IMG/VR virus record: IMGVR_UViG_3300042874_000422
Location: 13,540-77,539 of that record
Strand: one strand, 5' to 3'
DNA from: a virus
Length of the DNA stretch: 64,000 nucleotides
The stretch's first letter is position 1, and every line of letters starts with the position of its first letter. Both the position numbers and the translations under genes were made by a program. Shown here one piece after another: positions 9,297 to 18,671 of this stretch. The notes under the pieces are model-generated. The model searched no databases and had not been told where the DNA came from. It saw only the letters and a program-made list of their open reading frames with translations.

Positions 9297-9342
9297 GGTC
9301 TTGGACCTGGCATCTTCAGGACGAGTAGGTCAGCTCTCGCCG

Positions 9343-9430
9343 ACGACGGAAGGGTAGTCACCGTTGCTCCCGTCGTTTCGCCGCGCACCGAGGGGACACA
9401 CCCCTGCGTAACCCCGGTGCGAGCGACGAA
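9343..9430 (-). ncRNA. candidate structured RNA (two hairpins) containing the antisense of the left-arm leader motif
   Basis: Minus-strand stems TTCGTCGC/GCGGCGAA, GCACCG/CGGTGC, ACGCA/TGTGT and ACGACGG/CCGTCGT; contains GGGGTGTGTCC (9394-9404). Confidence 0.5.
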
Positions 9431-10540
9431 CTAGCTGCGGCGGCGGCGCCGGACCTTGAGGATTTTGGAGACGAGCGTGGCCTTGCCGCCGGCCATCTTC
9501 GAAGCTCCGACGATCTTGAGATGCGCCGAGGCGTACTTGCGCAGATCTTCGATCGGCTGCTCCATCAGCATGGCCGGCGACATGCGGGCGAACTTCGCAG
9601 CCTTCGGGGCGGCGGGCTTGCCGGCGGGCTTGCCGGCGACGATGCGGGGCGCAGCTTTGACCTCGGTCTTGGTCTTCGCGGGCTCGGGCGTCGCACCGTT
9701 GCTGAGCGCGTCGTAGTCGACGGCGGGCGTGTTGTCGTGCTCGTCCTGGTCCTCGCCCTCGACATCGCCGCCCCACTCTTCGTCGTCCGCGTCGGACGTA
9801 TCGACGTCCACCGACATCGTGGTGCTCGGCATGTACTCGCTGTCGCCCGCGCCGGTCCAGTTGCCGACGACAAGGTACTCGCAGACGCGCATCTTTTGGA
9901 ACAAGTGATCGTTGGGCACGCACACGACGTGCTCGGGATCGATGCGGCAGATGATCACGCGCTCGCTGAAGTTGTGAGCGTACTGCAGCGCGCCCACGTG
10001 CAGCCCCTGGTGACACGCGGTCGCCGGGTTGTCAGAGATCAGGTTGCGCGCCATCTTCACGACGCGACCGGGGCTGTTGTCGATCGTCCCCGAGTGAGCG
10101 TCCATGTAGTCGTGCTTGACGCCCTTGTACGCGAGGAACGTGCCGTCCGGCTCGATCGGCACACCGACGTGCTGCAGGAAAGCGTGCAGCTGCGTGCGCG
10201 ACTGGAACGAGGGATTCTTGTGGAGCCGCTCGTAGAACTTGAACAGCGGCTCCGGGCTCTCGCCAGCCGCCGCCATCGTGAAGATGCGGCGCGACAGCGA
10301 GTCCGGCAGCGGGACGCTGTCGTACGAGATCGTGCGACCGTCGACGACGAACTTGTCGCCCAGCCACTGCTGCAGCGAGCCGCTGAGCGTGACGAGCTTT
10401 TCGATGTCGCCCCACTGCTCGTCGAAGATCGCTCGCCGCAGCGTGTGGTACTGCGGCGTGCCGGCATGCACGGTGTGCGACTTGCCGGTGAGGAGGACGG
10501 TGATGCTCTCGTTGGTCATGGTGAACGGGATCGTTGACAT
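9431..10540 (-). CDS. rIIB: T4 rIIB-like protein with acidic then basic C-terminal tail
   Basis: LFKFYERLHKNPS, DGTFLAYKGV..DY.D.HSG..DNSPG, C..GLHVG...YA, IDPEHVVCVP.D....MRVCEY; adjacent to rIIA. Confidence 0.85.
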   Translation of the reverse strand: MSTIPFTMTNESITVLLTGKSHTVHAGTPQYHTLRRAIFDEQWGDIEKLVTLSGSLQQWLGDKFVVDGRTISYDSVPLPDSLSRRIFTMAAAGESPEPLFKFYERLHKNPSFQSRTQLHAFLQHVGVPIEPDGTFLAYKGVKHDYMDAHSGTIDNSPGRVVKMARNLISDNPATACHQGLHVGALQYAHNFSERVIICRIDPEHVVCVPNDHLFQKMRVCEYLVVGNWTGAGDSEYMPSTTMSVDVDTSDADDEEWGGDVEGEDQDEHDNTPAVDYDALSNGATPEPAKTKTEVKAAPRIVAGKPAGKPAAPKAAKFARMSPAMLMEQPIEDLRKYASAHLKIVGASKMAGGKATLVSKILKVRRRRRS

Positions 10541-10665
10541 GGGGCGTGTCCTTTCGTGTTTGCTGTGGTTGCTGTGCTCGCCGCAGATGCGGCAGCGTGT
10601 CGTGAGTAGCTCGTCGGGAATGAAAGCGTGGGACCTGTACCGGGCCATTGGTGATTCGTCGTCCA

Positions 10666-12747
10666 TTACGGCACGCTCTTGAACTGGACGACGTTGGCCG
10701 GGCTCGGCGCGAGCGCGCTGTCGAAGATCTCGATGTAGCGCGCCCACTCCTCGCGGACCTCGCGGGCCTCAGCGTTGTACGGGTCGCACCACAGCTCGGA
10801 GAAACCGGTGCGACGGAGCAGCGGGTACCGCTTCTTGATGTCAGCGTACGCGACCTTCGCGGCGCTCTTGTCCCACGTGTTGCCGCTGCGCTCGGCGAGC
10901 GTGCCGATGGCGCCCGAAATCTCGGACTTGATCGCCTTCTGAGCGTCGACCCAGCCGGTGAGCCATTCAACGATCGGGTGGTTCTCACCGAGCCGCTCGG
11001 TGACCCACTTGCAGGCCTTCGCGCCCGGCACCGACATGCCGCCGTAGTAGCTGTGGCGATCGTCGCGCGGGTTGGCTCGCCAGTGCAGCGCGATCAGCTC
11101 GATGTTCTCGGGCGTGAGCAGATCTTCGAGGAACGCCTCGCGCCACTTCTCGTACGTGACGCCTTCGAGCGTGGCCTTGTCGACGGGCTTCTTCTCCGTC
11201 GTCTTGTAGCCGTAGACCGCTGGCATCGTGACGCCGAACGCATTCGCCAGCTGGCGATCGGACGTGTAGTGCCGGAAGAAATCGCTGTGGTGCGGCTTGA
11301 AGCCCTCGATGATCACCCAGACGTCGTCGGCCGTCGGGATCCGCGTGACCGCGTTCCAGTTGTCGCTCCACGGCGCGCAGAACGAGGATTGCGTCGTGTC
11401 GAGCACGAACATGCGTGCGCGGTGCTTGGGGTTGGTCTTGCGCTTGGGCTCGACGTACGGCGCGTTCCAGTGCCGCGTCGACAGCAGCTCGATCTTGACG
11501 CCGACGAGCCCGCTGGCGACGAGCGCCGCGTCGAGCGAAGCTCGCAGCTCCTCGGGCGTCTTGGTCTGCGAGCGCACGACGTAGTCGTCGTGACCGAACA
11601 TGTAACCGCCGAGATCCTTGCCGGTGTCGTCGATCAGGAGGACCGTCGAGTCGGTGACGAGCAGGCGCGTGCAGGCCGACTTGTTGTGGATGATCGAAAA
11701 GTCATCGTAGGTGTACGTGACCTTCGCGAACCCCTCGGCGTACGGCTTCCACTTCTCGGGCAGCGGCAGATCCATCTTCGCCAGCACCTGCACGCGGAGC
11801 CGCGTTTCCCAGCCGGTGAACACGCCGGCCTCCAGCTGCTTGAGCGCATGCGTGACGAATTCGTCGACGAGCAGCGTGAACTTGCTCGCGAGCGCGGCCT
11901 TGGTCGCGGGGTTGTACTTCAGCTCCTCGCGGGACGCCGACATCGCGACCTCGCCGATCCCAAACTTCAGCTGGCCCGACACCGAACGGAGGCACGCGGG
12001 GATCGTGCGCGGGTCGAGCGCGTCGAGAGAGATGCGGTACGGGACGCAGCCCATGATCGCGATCCAGTCGCCGCCGCCGGGCGTGATGACGCCGGCCTCC
12101 AGCACCGTCTGCTCGTCGGGCAGCGCCGGCAGCTCGATGTTGATCGCGGGGCGCGGCGTGAAGTGACGGAACAGCCGCTTGGCGGTCCGCTGGAATTCGT
12201 AGATGTCGCTGTGGCGCACAGCGATCTGGATCTCGACACCGGTCTCGGTGGGCTCGCACGCGGTCTCGTCGAGCAGGTTGATCGCACCCTTTTCGCTCTC
12301 GTCGAGCACCGCAACGTACGTGCGCCGCATGCCGCCGTGCCACGAGACGATCGTGAAGCTGTCGGCGTACGCGAAACCGGACTTGCTGCCGATTCCCAGC
12401 TGGCCCACGACCTCGTTGCTGTCGCGCTTGGTGCTCTTGCCGTACTGCGTGTAGACGGAGAACACGTCCTCGTGCGAGAGCCCGGGACCGAAGTCACGGA
12501 TCCGCAGCGTGGCGTCGTCGTCGTCCGGCAGCGTGACGCTGATCGGCAGCTCGGGCTTGCCGATCGAACGGTGGGCGTCCCAGGCGTTCGCGCTGTACTC
12601 GCGGAGCACCGCGAGCACCTTGTCGGTGTACAGCGTGTCGCGGAGGATGCCCATGATGTGGGCGCTATCCTCGACGGAGATTTCGAAGCTAGCGGTCGCT
12701 TGAGCGCCGCCGATCAGCGTGGCGCGATTGTTCTGGTGAGGGATCAT
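10666..12747 (-). CDS. rIIA: T4 rIIA-like protein (N-terminal GHKL/Hsp90-like ATPase)
   Basis: LYTDKVLAVLREYSANAWDAH, IRDFGPGLS, YGKSTKRDSN..VGQLGIGSKSGFAY. Confidence 0.88.
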   Translation of the reverse strand: MIPHQNNRATLIGGAQATASFEISVEDSAHIMGILRDTLYTDKVLAVLREYSANAWDAHRSIGKPELPISVTLPDDDDATLRIRDFGPGLSHEDVFSVYTQYGKSTKRDSNEVVGQLGIGSKSGFAYADSFTIVSWHGGMRRTYVAVLDESEKGAINLLDETACEPTETGVEIQIAVRHSDIYEFQRTAKRLFRHFTPRPAINIELPALPDEQTVLEAGVITPGGGDWIAIMGCVPYRISLDALDPRTIPACLRSVSGQLKFGIGEVAMSASREELKYNPATKAALASKFTLLVDEFVTHALKQLEAGVFTGWETRLRVQVLAKMDLPLPEKWKPYAEGFAKVTYTYDDFSIIHNKSACTRLLVTDSTVLLIDDTGKDLGGYMFGHDDYVVRSQTKTPEELRASLDAALVASGLVGVKIELLSTRHWNAPYVEPKRKTNPKHRARMFVLDTTQSSFCAPWSDNWNAVTRIPTADDVWVIIEGFKPHHSDFFRHYTSDRQLANAFGVTMPAVYGYKTTEKKPVDKATLEGVTYEKWREAFLEDLLTPENIELIALHWRANPRDDRHSYYGGMSVPGAKACKWVTERLGENHPIVEWLTGWVDAQKAIKSEISGAIGTLAERSGNTWDKSAAKVAYADIKKRYPLLRRTGFSELWCDPYNAEAREVREEWARYIEIFDSALAPSPANVVQFKSVP

Positions 12748-12965
12748 GGGGTGTGTCCTTCAGAGCGTGAGTGGTTGTGGTGGGAGTTACTTGGGGAGGA
12801 CTTCGTACGTGTGCCCGTTGGTCCGGAACTTGGTGCCGGGCTGCAACGTCTGCGAGAACGCATGCGACGACGCGGCGCCAGGCGTGAGGTACTGGTGACC
12901 TCGTGCGCCCGAGTGCCGGTCGTACGTGAGCGTGGTCTCGACGCCGTCGATGAGGACGCGGTACG

Positions 12966-13394
12966 TCACGGCGTGTGGTTGACGAGCGCGTGCTCGCTCC
13001 AGAACTTGGTCGACGCCTCGACGTCCTTGCAGCCGGGATCGGCCGGCTCCTGCGGCGTCGGCGGGCCACCGAACGCGGTGTAGAGCACGCACGGCTGGCC
13101 GTCGTGCGGACCGGCGATCACCGTGACCTTGCGCGTGGTGCGGATGCCGTTGCGCTGCACGATGCGCGAGAACCACGCTCGCGTGCCACGGACGCCGTAC
13201 GTGACTTCGTCCTCGGTGACCGGCGCGTCGCCCATGACCGGACCGAACAGCGCGCACAGCACGGCGCCCAGGCTCTCGGGCAGCTCGATCGTCTCGATGA
13301 AAAACCCGGTGCGCCCGACGAACAGGGCGAACACGTGTTCGACCTGCGCGGGCGTGAGCCCGTGGTCGAGGTGACTGTCCTTGTGCTTGATCAT
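12966..13394 (-). CDS. hypothetical phage protein
   Basis: MIKHKDSHLDHGLT...LYTAFGGP..PQEP...FWSEHAL. Confidence 0.65.
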   Translation of the reverse strand: MIKHKDSHLDHGLTPAQVEHVFALFVGRTGFFIETIELPESLGAVLCALFGPVMGDAPVTEDEVTYGVRGTRAWFSRIVQRNGIRTTRKVTVIAGPHDGQPCVLYTAFGGPPTPQEPADPGCKDVEASTKFWSEHALVNHTP

Positions 13395-13807
13395 GGTTGC
13401 TTGCTCGCTAGACGCCAGATGGTTTCGTTGCCGCTCGCCCGCCACCACAATCGGAGTGCGTCCTTCGCAGCCATGCTGAGCGTGCGGAAGTTGTACGCGA
13501 CGGGTACGACAGTGATGCCGGTGACCTCGGTGACAGCCGCCGCGAACGTCGACTGCCAGCGTTGATCGTGCGCCGCCTCGATCGTCGCGGCGTGCGCAAG
13601 CTCGTGGATCAACGTGCCCAGCTCGTCGACGAACGAGACGCCCCGGTAGATCACGAGCCGCTGCTGCAGCGGCCAGCACGTGCCGAGGCGATCGGCGTGC
13701 TGCTTGTCGCTGATCTCGATCTTGGTCTCCGAGAGATCCCGCCGCCACGCGCGGAGCGTGACCCAGCGGGACGCCCACGTGCGGAGCCCTTGTTCACGGG
13801 TGATCAC
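13391..13807 (-). CDS. SprT-like zinc metallopeptidase
   Basis: LGTC, TLIHELAHA (HExxH), AHDQRW. Confidence 0.7.
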   Translation of the reverse strand: MITREQGLRTWASRWVTLRAWRRDLSETKIEISDKQHADRLGTCWPLQQRLVIYRGVSFVDELGTLIHELAHAATIEAAHDQRWQSTFAAAVTEVTGITVVPVAYNFRTLSMAAKDALRLWWRASGNETIWRLASKQP

Positions 13808-14646
13808 GACTTGCCGCCCTTCAGCCGGCCACGTCCGGCGGGGAGTCCTGCGCGCTTGCCACCGAGCGACACGCGGCCACCGGCCTCGCGGCCCGCGTCG
13901 TAGCCCGAGCGGTTCGACACCTGCCCGACGGACGCCACGGTCCCCCAGCCCTTGCTGTAGGTGGCGTACTCGCGATCGACCTCCTCGCGGTCGCGCTCGA
14001 CGATCGCGAGAGCTTTGCTGCGGTCCACCGAGCCGCCGTCGCCGCTGCTCGCGCTCGCGTCACCGGCCGGCTCGCGCTCGTCGTTGACGTGCGTGTGAAC
14101 GGGCGCCGCTTCGCGGGCCTGCCGTTCGGTCCAGATGCGCTCCGCGATCCGCTGCGAGCAGCCGACGCGGAAAGCGTTGCGGTACGCGCGGGCGGTCGCC
14201 CACTGCGGGGCGCTCTCGGCCTCGGCCAGCTCGTCGATCTGGCGCCACAGGTACTGGCACGTGTAGCGCCAGGTCTGGATCGCACTCTCGCGGCCGAACC
14301 CACGCACGTCGCTGTACTTGCGCCCGCTCTTGTTCCAGTCGCGAGCGTGCGTCCAGTGCATGCGGACGCCGAGATCCTTGGCGACAGCGAGCGCGATGGT
14401 CTCGCGCCACGCCACACGCTTGCGACCGACGAGCGGTTGGTCGGGCTCCAGGCGCGCCGACTTCTCGATGGGCTCGGGCGGAAGGTCGGGCTGATCGACG
14501 CGCAGCTGCGCCTCGGTCAGCTGGTACTCGGCGATCAGCGCGGTCGCGCGACCGGCGGCGGCGGCAGCTTCGTGCTCGCTGCCGGCACCTTCGGACAGCG
14601 CGAGCAGTTTGCGCACGCGGTCGATGATTTTCTCGATGTTCGACAT
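13804..14646 (-). CDS. DUF2786-domain protein
   Basis: IIDRVRKLLALS....EHEAAAA...A..LIAEY; RNAFRVG; GYDAGREAG. Confidence 0.8.
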   Translation of the reverse strand: MSNIEKIIDRVRKLLALSEGAGSEHEAAAAAGRATALIAEYQLTEAQLRVDQPDLPPEPIEKSARLEPDQPLVGRKRVAWRETIALAVAKDLGVRMHWTHARDWNKSGRKYSDVRGFGRESAIQTWRYTCQYLWRQIDELAEAESAPQWATARAYRNAFRVGCSQRIAERIWTERQAREAAPVHTHVNDEREPAGDASASSGDGGSVDRSKALAIVERDREEVDREYATYSKGWGTVASVGQVSNRSGYDAGREAGGRVSLGGKRAGLPAGRGRLKGGKS

Positions 14647-14916
14647 GGGGGTGTGTCTCGGGGTGTTGGGTGTGTCGTGTCGGCGGTTCGCGGCGAACCA
14701 CGCGATCGGCTGCACGGGTATCAACCGTGCGCAGCTGCAGACTGCAGAGCGCGTGGCGCGCCGCCAGCCGTCGTCGGCGACGGGGCGAGGGTTAGTCGAG
14801 TGCTGCGATGCCCCACGCTGTCGCGCGGTGGAGCGTGAATCCGAGGCGGGTGATCACGGCGCACGACTTGCGACCGTTGAGCACGGTGTGAACGTGTTTG
14901 AGGCGGGCCATGGATG

Positions 14917-15600
14917 TCACTTCGGGTTGATGGTCAGCGACAGCGAAGAGTTGTTGTAGGCGCACGGCAGGAGAGTACGAGCGCGCAGCTCGCTTGCGCT
15001 CGGGAACCGCTGACACGCGAACGCGGTCTGCCGTAGCTGCACGGGCGGGCCGTCGTCGTCCCAGACGTACAGGCGGTACTGCAGACCGGCTGCAGTCAGC
15101 GTGACCTCGATCGGACCGGGGAACGTCACGGCGAGCCCGGTCACCGTCGGTGTCAAGCGGACGAAGTCGTTCTGGTTGCCGAGGTAGAGATCCGGCGCGC
15201 TGCTGTCGGGATCCCACATGGCGCCCTGGTTCGTCGTCGAGATCGACACCACGACGTCGGTGATCACGTACGTGCGGGGGAACGCCGCGACGCAGGCGCC
15301 GCCGACGCAGAGCGTGTCGCCCGTGCAGGTGTCGTTCGCGGCGGTGCAGGCCGGCGCCCCGCAGTCGCTCGCGCAGTTGGCGGGCGACTCCGAGCCTTCG
15401 CACGTGCCGTCGCCGCAGACCGGGCCACCCGGCACGCAGTCGACGCCGCACGTATCGGGCGTCTCGGCATCGGCGCACGCGCCGTCGCCGCAGACGCCGC
15501 CGTCGATCGCAGCGTCGGTGCCGCCGTCGACGGTGTCGTCGTCGCCCGTGTTCGTGCCGCCGCATGCGGCGATGACTGCCAGCAAAATGATCCGCTTCAT
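14917..15600 (-). CDS. lipoprotein with myxobacterial-type Cys-rich CGDG repeats
   Basis: Signal and lipobox MKRIILLAVIAAC; VCGDGAC..AET..TC..DC twice. Confidence 0.75.
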   Translation of the reverse strand: MKRIILLAVIAACGGTNTGDDDTVDGGTDAAIDGGVCGDGACADAETPDTCGVDCVPGGPVCGDGTCEGSESPANCASDCGAPACTAANDTCTGDTLCVGGACVAAFPRTYVITDVVVSISTTNQGAMWDPDSSAPDLYLGNQNDFVRLTPTVTGLAVTFPGPIEVTLTAAGLQYRLYVWDDDGPPVQLRQTAFACQRFPSASELRARTLLPCAYNNSSLSLTINPK

Positions 15601-15617
15601 GGTCGTGTCCCCGTCCC

Positions 15618-15914
15618 CTAGTTGGTGTTGGTGTTGTCGGTTTCGACGGCGGGCCTGCAGTTGCTGCAGTCGCACATCGCGGCGATCTCGGCGCCCACGT
15701 TGGGGCTGCTCGCCAGCGAGTCGATGATCGTGAACGCCTCGGCGAGCACGCGGGCGTGCGCCGCGACCTTCAGCGCACGGTCCTCACGGGTCTCGCCCGG
15801 TTCGAACGCGGTGTAGAGCAGGCGCTCGATCTCGGCGCTCGCGCGCCGTGCGTTGTCCGTGGCCTGGACGAAAAGCCCGCCGGGCGACAGATCGGTGATG
15901 ATGACAGTCGGCAT
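15618..15914 (-). CDS. hypothetical protein
   Basis: Preceded by both the leader motif and the promoter motif. Confidence 0.6.
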   Translation of the reverse strand: MPTVIITDLSPGGLFVQATDNARRASAEIERLLYTAFEPGETREDRALKVAAHARVLAEAFTIIDSLASSPNVGAEIAAMCDCSNCRPAVETDNTNTN

Positions 15915-15978
15915 CGTGGGGTGTGTCCTTTCAGAGTGACAGACGCAGAGTAGGGGCAGGGTTTGACAGACAATCGTC

Positions 15979-16455
15979 TCAGATCGGGCAGTCGCCGTCG
16001 GCGTCGGCGCTGGCGCGGTCGTACTCGATCGAGCCCGACTCCTCGGGGTGGATCTCGCCTTCCGGGGCGCCGCCGCTGCTGGCCAGGAACCGGTCGTAGC
16101 TGTCGTTACGGTCAGAGAGCGCCGTGGACACCGGCTGCGCGAAGATCGCCGCGTCCCGTGCCGCGAGTAGCTCCTGCACGTGGGCGGCGAGCGCCAGCCG
16201 CACCGACTCGCTCGTGGCGAGCACCGTGCGCAGCTGGGCGATCACCGCGTCCTGTTCGCCGATCCGCTTGCGCAGTGCCTGCGCGTCGGCCTGTGCCGCG
16301 TTGCGCTCCTGCTCGCAGCGCGAGATCAGCTCGCCGGCCAGCGTCGCCGTCGATTGCGCCGCCGGCTGCGTACCTCGCGCGGGCTCTTTGGTGCGGTCTC
16401 GCTTGTCGTCGGCTGCGGGCGTATCGGTAGCGGGTTCTTTGCTCTTCTTACTCAC
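15979..16455 (-). CDS. coiled-coil hypothetical protein
   Basis: Heptad-like central region; start uncertain. Confidence 0.55.
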   Translation of the reverse strand: MSKKSKEPATDTPAADDKRDRTKEPARGTQPAAQSTATLAGELISRCEQERNAAQADAQALRKRIGEQDAVIAQLRTVLATSESVRLALAAHVQELLAARDAAIFAQPVSTALSDRNDSYDRFLASSGGAPEGEIHPEESGSIEYDRASADADGDCPI

Positions 16456-16804
16456 GGTTAAAGCCCTCAAATTCGAGTGTGTTGTAGATAAAGGATGAGA
16501 GTGTGCCGCAATCTAGTCGCCCGGTTTCGCCGTCAAGTAGTGTATGAATGGCTCGCCCTACCGCTTGCCAGCCTTCACCCATAACGTGGTCATCACTTAC
16601 GCGTGACTCGTAGCGTCGCTTATGCTCGTCGGCGTACCTAGCCCAGCCTTCTAACATCTCAACGATTGAGCGTTCGAAATCGCGCGGTACCTTCAGCGCG
16701 GCAATGTGGCGAGTCTGCCACCCCGAATCGTTTGGCATGACGAGACCGTCAGCGGGGTTAATGAACGTCGGATTACGCAATGCATGTGAGTAGCTAGTCG
16801 ACAT
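16448..16804 (-). CDS. hypothetical protein (visibly lower-GC cassette)
   Basis: Leader motif directly upstream; more A/T-ending codons than neighbouring genes. Confidence 0.7.
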   Translation of the reverse strand: MSTSYSHALRNPTFINPADGLVMPNDSGWQTRHIAALKVPRDFERSIVEMLEGWARYADEHKRRYESRVSDDHVMGEGWQAVGRAIHTLLDGETGRLDCGTLSSFIYNTLEFEGFNRE

Positions 16805-16874
16805 GGGGTGTGTCCTTCGGGTCGAGTGTGTGAAAGGGGAGGGGCTCGCAGCCCCGGTGGGTTGTTGTCGTCGG

Positions 16875-18671
16875 CTACGCCTTCGGGGCGAGGACGTCCA
16901 GCTCCAGCAGCGACGCCCGGAGATCGCCGTCGCTGCACAGGCCGCGCAGCGATTCCATGGCGACCGCGATACCGTCGCGGACCTTCGCGGCGTACGTGCC
17001 GCCGAGGACCTCGGCGTGCTTGCTGGCGCGGGCGCCCAGCTCGGACAGCTGCGCGAGGAACGCCGCAGCGCGGGCGGGCGTCAGCTGCGAACGCTTGGGC
17101 GACGCCTTGAGACCGGCTTGGTGCTCGGTCTCGATGTCCGCGAGCACCGCGTTGACCTCGTCGGCCAGCGACTTGGTGAGACCGGCGCGGAGCGCGTCAC
17201 ACGTCACCATCGGCATGGGCACGCGCCAGCGTCCCCACTTGCGCTCGACGGCGTCGTACAGCCGCTGCGCGGCGGCGGCGTGCTTGGCGGGGATGTACCA
17301 GCCGTAGTGCTTGATCCCGTGCCACTGGCCCGTGATGATCTCCTGCAGCCACGCCGTGACCTGGCCCGCTTCGTAGACTTCCTCGTCGCGGCGGCGGTTG
17401 TACTCGGTCTCGACGCGAGCCCGGATGTTCTCGTCACCCTCGACGGTGATCGAGCCGTCCACCCAGACCGTCGCCGTGGCGAGAATGGTGCCGGCGTGCT
17501 CGCCGACTTCACCGTGCGACGGCTGCTGAATCGTCCACCGCGACAGGTACGAGCGCGGCATGCCGTCGATCATCACGACGCGGTGCTTGCGCTGGCCCTT
17601 GACCATACGCTCGGGCTTGGCGATCAGACCGTGGCGGTTTTCGCCGGTCACGACGAGCCCGGCGAGCGCCTTGGGCGACGTCGGCGCCTTGACCCACGCC
17701 TCGGGCAGCTTGGCCTCGGCGAGCACCGCGAGCATTTCGCTGCGCTTGAATTCGCCCAGACCGTCCCAGGCGATGGCGACGCCCGACGACACCGCGCCAG
17801 CGACCGCCATGATCTCGCCGCTGCGCATCGCATCGCGGACGCTGCGCATCGTCTCGGTCTCGCCGCTGACGATCGGCTTGGCCCAGTGCGCCTTGACCTC
17901 GGCGGGCGTCATCTGGTCCACCGACTTGCCGCTGGTCACGCGGTGAACGATGCCGGGACCGACCGGCAGCGCCGCTGCCTCGGGGATGACCGTGACGACG
18001 AGCGCGGCGATCTGCGCCTCGGTGTAGCCGTACGAGCCGCGCAGCGTGCTCTTGTAGCTGTCGGCGGTCGCTTGCTTGACGCCGTTTGCGAGCGCCGTGA
18101 CGTAGCCGGCAGCCGTCGAGAAACCGACGCCGCGCAGCTGTCCACCGGCCATGCTGCCGGCGCCCTGCACTGCCGCGTTGCTGCTCGCCTCATGGCCGAT
18201 GCCCTGCAGCGTGTCGACGAGCGCGTCACCCGTCGGTGCCGGTACCGTGGTGTCGACCGCGACCGGCGCGAGCGCGGGGCGCCGCACGAGCGACGGGCGC
18301 TCCTCGATCGCGTCGGCCAGCGTCGCCCAGATGCGGACCCAGAGCAGCGCGAACATGGCGACGAACGCCTGGCGCTGCAGATCGGCGCGGCGCGTCTTGA
18401 ACACGTCGCGGAGTGCCACGCGCGTCGGGTGGTCCTTGTCGGCCAGACCGTTCGCGAGGCAGAGCGCGGCGACCTTCTGCGCCGCAGCGTCGAGCGCCTC
18501 GATCGTGGTCGCGGCGCGGAGCATGTCGGTGCCGGTCGCGAGCGGCGAGACCGGCGCCGGGCGCGGCGTCACGACGGGAGCCGCCGCCTTGGGCGCGGTG
18601 GCGGGCTTGGTGTTGGGGACCGAGTCAAGCTCGATCATGCTGAAGCGGTCAGCGGTGTCGTCGGTGGCCAT
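16875..18671 (-). CDS. large hypothetical early protein
   Basis: ATG at 18671 preceded by the leader and promoter motifs. Confidence 0.7.
   Translation of the reverse strand: MATDDTADRFSMIELDSVPNTKPATAPKAAAPVVTPRPAPVSPLATGTDMLRAATTIEALDAAAQKVAALCLANGLADKDHPTRVALRDVFKTRRADLQRQAFVAMFALLWVRIWATLADAIEERPSLVRRPALAPVAVDTTVPAPTGDALVDTLQGIGHEASSNAAVQGAGSMAGGQLRGVGFSTAAGYVTALANGVKQATADSYKSTLRGSYGYTEAQIAALVVTVIPEAAALPVGPGIVHRVTSGKSVDQMTPAEVKAHWAKPIVSGETETMRSVRDAMRSGEIMAVAGAVSSGVAIAWDGLGEFKRSEMLAVLAEAKLPEAWVKAPTSPKALAGLVVTGENRHGLIAKPERMVKGQRKHRVVMIDGMPRSYLSRWTIQQPSHGEVGEHAGTILATATVWVDGSITVEGDENIRARVETEYNRRRDEEVYEAGQVTAWLQEIITGQWHGIKHYGWYIPAKHAAAAQRLYDAVERKWGRWRVPMPMVTCDALRAGLTKSLADEVNAVLADIETEHQAGLKASPKRSQLTPARAAAFLAQLSELGARASKHAEVLGGTYAAKVRDGIAVAMESLRGLCSDGDLRASLLELDVLAPKA

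Noticed and set aside
10648-13083. 811-aa plus-strand ORF (also 16803..18692, 40..954 and similar)
   Set aside because: Antisense shadows of real minus-strand genes in high-GC DNA, with no motifs.
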